Source: Planctomycetota bacterium | Lineage (GTDB): Bacteria; Planctomycetota; PLA2; JAEUHO01 | Reading direction: 5' to 3' | Length of the DNA stretch: 64,000 nucleotides | Assembly (NCBI GenBank): GCA_965222115.1 | Contig: CBDCTJ010000007.1 | Coordinates: 1,728,001 to 1,792,000, forward strand | In this document: one piece after another, positions 58,877-64,000 of the stretch | Position numbering within the stretch: the first letter of the stretch is position 1 | Layout of the letters: each line of letters begins with the position of its first letter | Position numbers and translations under genes: made by a program | The notes under the pieces: model-generated | What the model was told of the DNA's origin: nothing | Database searches by the model: none | Seen by the model: the letters and a program-made list of their open reading frames with translations, nothing else

Positions 58877-59854
58877 CTATAGGCGAACCTCGATTGGGCC
58901 ATCGGTCTCGTCGATATGGACTGTGTCGATAAACCGAATGCGGCGCGGCTCGCCCATGCCCATGATCAAGCTGTGCGTGCGACACCCCTGGCCGAAGAAC
59001 GTGACTTCGCGAAGCAACTCGCCGTCGGTGACACCCGTGGCTGCAATGACGAGCCGTTTGCCGGGAGCCAAGTCCTTGGCGGTAAGCAACTTGTCGAAGT
59101 CGGTCACTCCCATTTTTGCGGCTCGTTCCTTATCACCCGCTTTGTATTCAACGAGTCGGCCTTGCATGTCGCCGCCCAAACAACGAATGGCCGCCGCAGC
59201 AATCACCCCTTCCGGTGCACCGCCCACACCCATCACTGCATGCACAGCCGTACCGGTAATGCACGCGCTAATAGCCGGTGAAAGATCGCCGTCGGTTATG
59301 AGTCGTATGCGCGCGCCCGCTTCTCGAATCTCACGAATGAGCGTCTCGTGTCTCGGTCGCTCCAAGACGACAACAAGGACGTCTCCAATATCGCGATCCA
59401 AGCTATCGGCGATCGCTTTGAGGTTCTCCTTCACCGGGGCATCCAAGTCGATGCGGCCGCGACTCCGTGGACCAACAACAAGTTTGCTCATGTAACAGTC
59501 GGGTGCTGCGTACAGACCACCGGTTTCGGCCGCGGCCAATACTGCGATGGATCCGGGTGCTCCTGAAGCGCAGAGATTGGTGCCCTCAAGTGGGTCAACG
59601 GCGATATCGATGCCAGGCGCATCGCCCGACGTATTGCCCACCTCTTCACCAATGTAGAGCATGGGTGCTTCGTCGCGCTCCCCTTCGCCAATCACAATGC
59701 GACCGCGCATGGGGATATTGTGCATGGTCTTGCGCATGGCCTCGACAGCCTGTTGATCGGCGAAGTCCTTCTTTCCCTGGCCTGTTGTGCGGGCGGCGGC
59801 AATGGCTGCGGCTTCAACAACATGAAGGAATCGCGTGGCGAGGCTGATGGGCAT
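58877..59854 (-). CDS. glpX: Class II fructose-1,6-bisphosphatase
   Basis: [63 protein letters not shown] before 59854. Confidence 0.95.
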   Translation of the reverse strand: MPISLATRFLHVVEAAAIAAARTTGQGKKDFADQQAVEAMRKTMHNIPMRGRIVIGEGERDEAPMLYIGEEVGNTSGDAPGIDIAVDPLEGTNLCASGAPGSIAVLAAAETGGLYAAPDCYMSKLVVGPRSRGRIDLDAPVKENLKAIADSLDRDIGDVLVVVLERPRHETLIREIREAGARIRLITDGDLSPAISACITGTAVHAVMGVGGAPEGVIAAAAIRCLGGDMQGRLVEYKAGDKERAAKMGVTDFDKLLTAKDLAPGKRLVIAATGVTDGELLREVTFFGQGCRTHSLIMGMGEPRRIRFIDTVHIDETDGPIEVRL

Positions 59855-60087
59855 GAGAACTCCTAGCACATGTCGGGCAAAGCCTACAAACGACTGGGAT
59901 TAGAGGCTCGACGTTCCCGGCTGGACCGAGGGATTTTGGGACCGGTCGTACCGATATCGTGGCAAGCAACGTTTGGCGGATTTCAGCCCGCCTCCCGGGT
60001 ACTCATCCCCGATTCAAGCCGCCCCGTGTATGAGTAACGCCCCACAAACCGCGCGCCCCACTTCATGGTTGCGGGCCGGGAGCCATC

Positions 60088-62349
60088 ATGCCTAGGAAGA
60101 AGGCCGCACTCGAGCGCGACACGCTCGCCTATCACGAACTCCCGCGTCCCGGGAAACTCGAAGTTGTCCCCTCCAAACCGGTCGCCACGCAACGCGATCT
60201 GAGTTTGGCCTACACGCCGGGCGTGGCGATTCCCTGCACCAAGATTCACGAGAATCCGGAGCTGGCCTACAAGTGGACCAATCGTGGCAACCTTGTGGCT
60301 GTCATTACCAATGGCACGGCGGTGTTGGGACTCGGCAATATTGGCGCGCTTGCCGGCAAGCCGGTCATGGAAGGCAAGGGCGTGCTCTTCAAGAAGTTCG
60401 CCGGTATTGACGTGTTCGACATCGAGGTGGACGAGACCGATCCCGAGAAGTTCATCGAACATGTTCGTGCCATAGCCCCAACGTTTGGCGGCATCAATCT
60501 GGAAGACATTAAGGCACCCGAGTGTTTTGAGATCGAACCCCGACTCAAAGAACTGCTCGACATTCCCGTCTTTCATGACGATCAACATGGAACCGCAATC
60601 ATCGCGTCGGCGGCGCTAATTAATGCCGCAGAGATTGCCGGCAAGAAACTCGGCGACCTCTCGGTGGCCGTATCGGGTGCCGGCGCAGCGGGCATTGCAT
60701 GCATCGACATGTTTGTTGAGATGGGGGTGGATCGATCCAAAGTCGTGTTTGCCGATAGCCGCGGCGTGGTCTACAAGGGCCGCAAAGATGGCATGAACGC
60801 GTCCAAAGAAGCGATTGCCGTAGACACAAAGGCGCGCACGTTGGCCGATGCCATGAAGGGTGCCGATGTGTTTCTGGGCGTGTCGGGTCCCGGTGTGGTG
60901 GACCAAGACATGATTCGTTCCATGGCCAAGAATCCCATTGTAATGGCCATGGCCAATCCTGATCCTGAGATTAGCTACACGGATGCCAAGGCCGCTCGTG
61001 ACGACGTACTGATGTGTACCGGTCGGTCCGACTTCCCTAACCAAGTCAACAATGTGCTTTGCTTCCCATTCATGTTTCGTGGCGCGCTCGATGTGCGTGC
61101 CAAGTCCATTAGCAATGCAATGAAGATCGCCTGCGCCAAGGCATTGGCCGAACTCGCTCGTGAAGACGTGCCGGAAAGCGTGAGCGAGGCCTATGGAGGC
61201 GAAAACCTAAAGTTTGGCCCCGAGTACCTGATTCCCAAGCCGTTCGATTACCGTGTCCTGTTGTGGGTCGCGCCCGCGGTCGCCGAAGCTGCATTCGAGG
61301 AAGGCAACGCGCAGATTGCATCTTTTGATCGCGAAGCCTATGTGCGATCGCTGGATCGCTACTTAGGCGGCGCCCGACAAGTAATGGCCGGGGTTGAGGA
61401 TCGCGCCAAACGCGCCCAAGCGCGCATCGCGTTTGCCGAGGGTGAAGAGCAGCGCTCGCAGCGCGCGGCCATTCAGATTGCGGAGCGCGGTATTGGACGT
61501 TCGGTGCTAGTGGGGGATGAAGCGCGCATTCTGCAACGTGCTGAAGAATTCGGACTCTCGCTTGATGGCGTTGAGATTGTTGATCCCCTTGCCGACGATC
61601 GCCGGCCAGAACTTATCCAGCGCTTTCTTGAACTTCGTGGTCGCCGTGGCGTGAACAAGCGCGATGCAGTGTTTCTCACCAAGAGCGCGCGTCGTCACGC
61701 GCTGTTGCTGCTTGATCGCGACGAGTTCGACTGTGTCGTGACCGGAGTCAATCGAAGTTTTCCCAACTCGGTGCGTGAGGTCTTGGAGATTGTTGGGACC
61801 GATACCGATACCCGTGCATCGGCCGTGCACCTGATGGTGCTCAAGGATCGAACACTGTTCCTTGCCGACACATCGCTCCACGTGTCACCCTCTACCCGTG
61901 AGTTGGCCGACATTGCCATCGCCGCCGCCGATACCGCGCGGGCCTTTGACTACAAGCCGCGCGTGGCGATGTTGAGCTTTAGCAACTTTGGTAGCGTAGA
62001 TCACGCCGTGGCACGTCGATCCGAGGATGCTGTGAAGCTCGTGCGCGCGGAGCGTCCCGACATTCTGATCGATGGTGAGATGCACGTGGACGTGGCCATC
62101 GACCGCTCCATCGGCAATAACCTTCACCCGGACAGTCTGATTGACGGCGACGCCAACGTATTGGTGTTCCCCGATCTCACCAGTGGCAACATCGGTTACA
62201 AGCTGGTTGAACACTTGGCGGGCGCCGAGGCTATTGGCCCCATTCTGGTCGGCCTACGCAAGCCGGTTGTGGTTTGTTACCAGGCCGCCAAAGTGCACAC
62301 GTTGGTCAACTTGGCATCCATCGCGGTGGCGCGTAAGGACGTGAAATAG
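60088..62349 (+). CDS. maeB: NADP-dependent malic enzyme fused to a phosphotransacetylase-like domain
   Basis: [49 protein letters not shown]; PTA-like [23 protein letters not shown]. Confidence 0.96.
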   Translation: MPRKKAALERDTLAYHELPRPGKLEVVPSKPVATQRDLSLAYTPGVAIPCTKIHENPELAYKWTNRGNLVAVITNGTAVLGLGNIGALAGKPVMEGKGVLFKKFAGIDVFDIEVDETDPEKFIEHVRAIAPTFGGINLEDIKAPECFEIEPRLKELLDIPVFHDDQHGTAIIASAALINAAEIAGKKLGDLSVAVSGAGAAGIACIDMFVEMGVDRSKVVFADSRGVVYKGRKDGMNASKEAIAVDTKARTLADAMKGADVFLGVSGPGVVDQDMIRSMAKNPIVMAMANPDPEISYTDAKAARDDVLMCTGRSDFPNQVNNVLCFPFMFRGALDVRAKSISNAMKIACAKALAELAREDVPESVSEAYGGENLKFGPEYLIPKPFDYRVLLWVAPAVAEAAFEEGNAQIASFDREAYVRSLDRYLGGARQVMAGVEDRAKRAQARIAFAEGEEQRSQRAAIQIAERGIGRSVLVGDEARILQRAEEFGLSLDGVEIVDPLADDRRPELIQRFLELRGRRGVNKRDAVFLTKSARRHALLLLDRDEFDCVVTGVNRSFPNSVREVLEIVGTDTDTRASAVHLMVLKDRTLFLADTSLHVSPSTRELADIAIAAADTARAFDYKPRVAMLSFSNFGSVDHAVARRSEDAVKLVRAERPDILIDGEMHVDVAIDRSIGNNLHPDSLIDGDANVLVFPDLTSGNIGYKLVEHLAGAEAIGPILVGLRKPVVVCYQAAKVHTLVNLASIAVARKDVK

Positions 62350-62394
62350 CCCGACGTGCAAAGGCACGACGTGAAGTAACGCGTTCGAGCCGGA

Positions 62395-63444
62395 TTAGTC
62401 AGATTCTGCGCCGATATCCGGTGGAATGCGCCGTAACGCGCGTTGCACGCGTGGCGTGGACGAGATGTCGAGACGTCGCGTGAGTATTGCGTGGGCCGTT
62501 TCGTAACGCTCGGCATCGATGAGCGCCTCGGCCATCATGGTCATGATCAGTGGGTAGGCGTGCGTGCTTTGATCGGGCTCTTCACCGAGTCGAAATGCGG
62601 CGGCGACGACATCGAAGTAGAGATCTGGATCGTCCTTGCGCTGAGGCTCGAATGCGCGCGCGGCGTCGTAGAGCAGCTTGGGGGCGCCGCCGAACGACTT
62701 GGCGTTTCGATGGGCGGCAAGCGTGGCCGACCGCGCCACGTAGCGCGCCCACAAGCGACCGCGCGGGCTTGTGGGTTTATCGAATGCTTGCAGATCATCG
62801 AGCATCCACTGCGCAGCCATCGCGCGCGTGGTGTGATCGACGTCGCCCATCTCCCGTTTGGCGGTGGCGTAGTTGTCGAGTACCGTGGCGTAGGCAGGGA
62901 CTCCATCGGCCGACTTGCTTGACGAGGCTTTTCGCAGGGCCAACGCGGCTTCGATCAATCCGTCGTGAACATGCTTTTCCTTGTAGCCCGTGCGAACGGC
63001 AGTCGTAAACATGGCCGCCGCATCCTTGAAACGACCGGCCTGACGAAGTGCTTCCCCGAGGTAGCTCCGCGTGGCGCCGCTTGACGGATTGTCCTTAAGG
63101 GCCACCTCGAGGGGCGCAATGGCTTCGGCACCCCGCTTGGCGCGAATGTAGGCCCAACCGATGCGTTGTTGAACGACCGGATGACTTGAACGTCCCTTCG
63201 GCAGTTTCTTCAACCAGTCGCCGAATGCACCGTGATCGGCAAAGCCCTTGGGGTGGCCAATCGCTTTCATGGCACGATCCAGAGCCGCGCGAATGTGGTG
63301 CGCTCCCGGCGCTTCGGCAATCTCGATCGCAAGATTGGGAAGATGCGGATCGCGCTTCTTCTTGGCGAAGCTGGGTCCAGCCAGGAAAGCAAGGCCGAGT
63401 ACCAGCACACCGTTCATGAGAACGCACCGATGCAATGACTGCAT
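62395..63444 (-). CDS. Exported TPR-containing protein
   Basis: Signal peptide (VLVLGLAFLAGPSFA-KK), TPR pair (IGWAYIRAKR...YLGEALRQAGRFKDA). Start overlaps the upstream stop (TGATG). Confidence 0.7.
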   Translation of the reverse strand: MQSLHRCVLMNGVLVLGLAFLAGPSFAKKKRDPHLPNLAIEIAEAPGAHHIRAALDRAMKAIGHPKGFADHGAFGDWLKKLPKGRSSHPVVQQRIGWAYIRAKRGAEAIAPLEVALKDNPSSGATRSYLGEALRQAGRFKDAAAMFTTAVRTGYKEKHVHDGLIEAALALRKASSSKSADGVPAYATVLDNYATAKREMGDVDHTTRAMAAQWMLDDLQAFDKPTSPRGRLWARYVARSATLAAHRNAKSFGGAPKLLYDAARAFEPQRKDDPDLYFDVVAAAFRLGEEPDQSTHAYPLIMTMMAEALIDAERYETAHAILTRRLDISSTPRVQRALRRIPPDIGAESD

Positions 63445-63998
63445 CACTTGGCACCTCCCGCGCGCAGCGCGTCGCAATACTTCGTTAACGCCGCTCGCCA
63501 CGTGTCTGTGTCGGCGTCGTTCGACACTTCTTTCAATATGCGTTTCAGTTGTCGTTTCGTGTCGGGTCCTTCGATTGGATCGCCGAGCGCGAACGATAGT
63601 TCGTTTGCAACTTCATTTTTGGGTCCCAGCGTCTTTGTGCGTAACAATGCGATCGCTAAGGAACTGCGGAGTGGGTCGTGTGTTGAACCATTGAGCCGTT
63701 TCAGTAGTAGATACTTGTGCTTGATTAGTTGTTCTGGCGTAGATCGGCTTGCGGAGGCAATCACCTCAGGCGTAGAACTCGACGCCAGTGCATCGGCAAG
63801 CGCTTCATCGCTTACCGAGGGGCGTGCGCTAGCGTTTCCAAGTGAACGTCCGATTCGGGATTTCCATAACTCTGATGTTGCCTTGTATGAGGCGGCTTGA
63901 CCCTTCTTCGCCCGTCCGTCGCCAGCCAGCGCCAACGCTTCAAATGCACGCGGACGTTCATCCGCCGGTAGTGCATCGATCGACTTCGTCTCCTTTCC
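63444..63998 (-). CDS. Partial (5'-truncated) helical hypothetical protein
   Basis: Frame is open to the window edge and coupled to the downstream gene. Confidence 0.55.
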   Translation of the reverse strand, partial: GKETKSIDALPADERPRAFEALALAGDGRAKKGQAASYKATSELWKSRIGRSLGNASARPSVSDEALADALASSSTPEVIASASRSTPEQLIKHKYLLLKRLNGSTHDPLRSSLAIALLRTKTLGPKNEVANELSFALGDPIEGPDTKRQLKRILKEVSNDADTDTWRAALTKYCDALRAGGAK

Positions 63999-64000
63999 CG

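Overview
High-GC (roughly 60-65% by eye) bacterial chromosomal window. The gene content points to Planctomycetota (inference from a TPSQ-type ECF sigma next to a Ser/Thr kinase, prenyltransferase-repeat, VIT-vWA, HEAT and Ig-like/Gly-rich surface proteins). Housekeeping genes: stand-alone fusA, rsmA, dnaG-rpoD-Zn-ribbon, rnpB, recQ, tRNA-Gln(CTG), tRNA-Glu(CTC), glpX, maeB, kynU-kynB, larE. Notable items: (1) a UGA-recoded UxxC thioredoxin-fold selenoprotein candidate that the ORF track truncates, with a SECIS-like hairpin; (2) a membrane kinase / ECF sigma / exported TPR-CHAT protease module; (3) a structured repeat with compensatory base changes sitting right after both tRNA genes; (4) three tandem ~960-aa Ig-like/Gly-rich lipoprotein paralogs with variable loops; (5) a DUF4011-helicase (Hhe-like) gene; (6) an HtrA protease coupled to a catalytically dead double-trypsin partner; (7) CCWGG-centred palindromes and many 14-16 nt micro-duplications at gene ends. 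No CRISPR array, integrase or transposase was seen. All calls come from reading motifs by eye; no searches were run.
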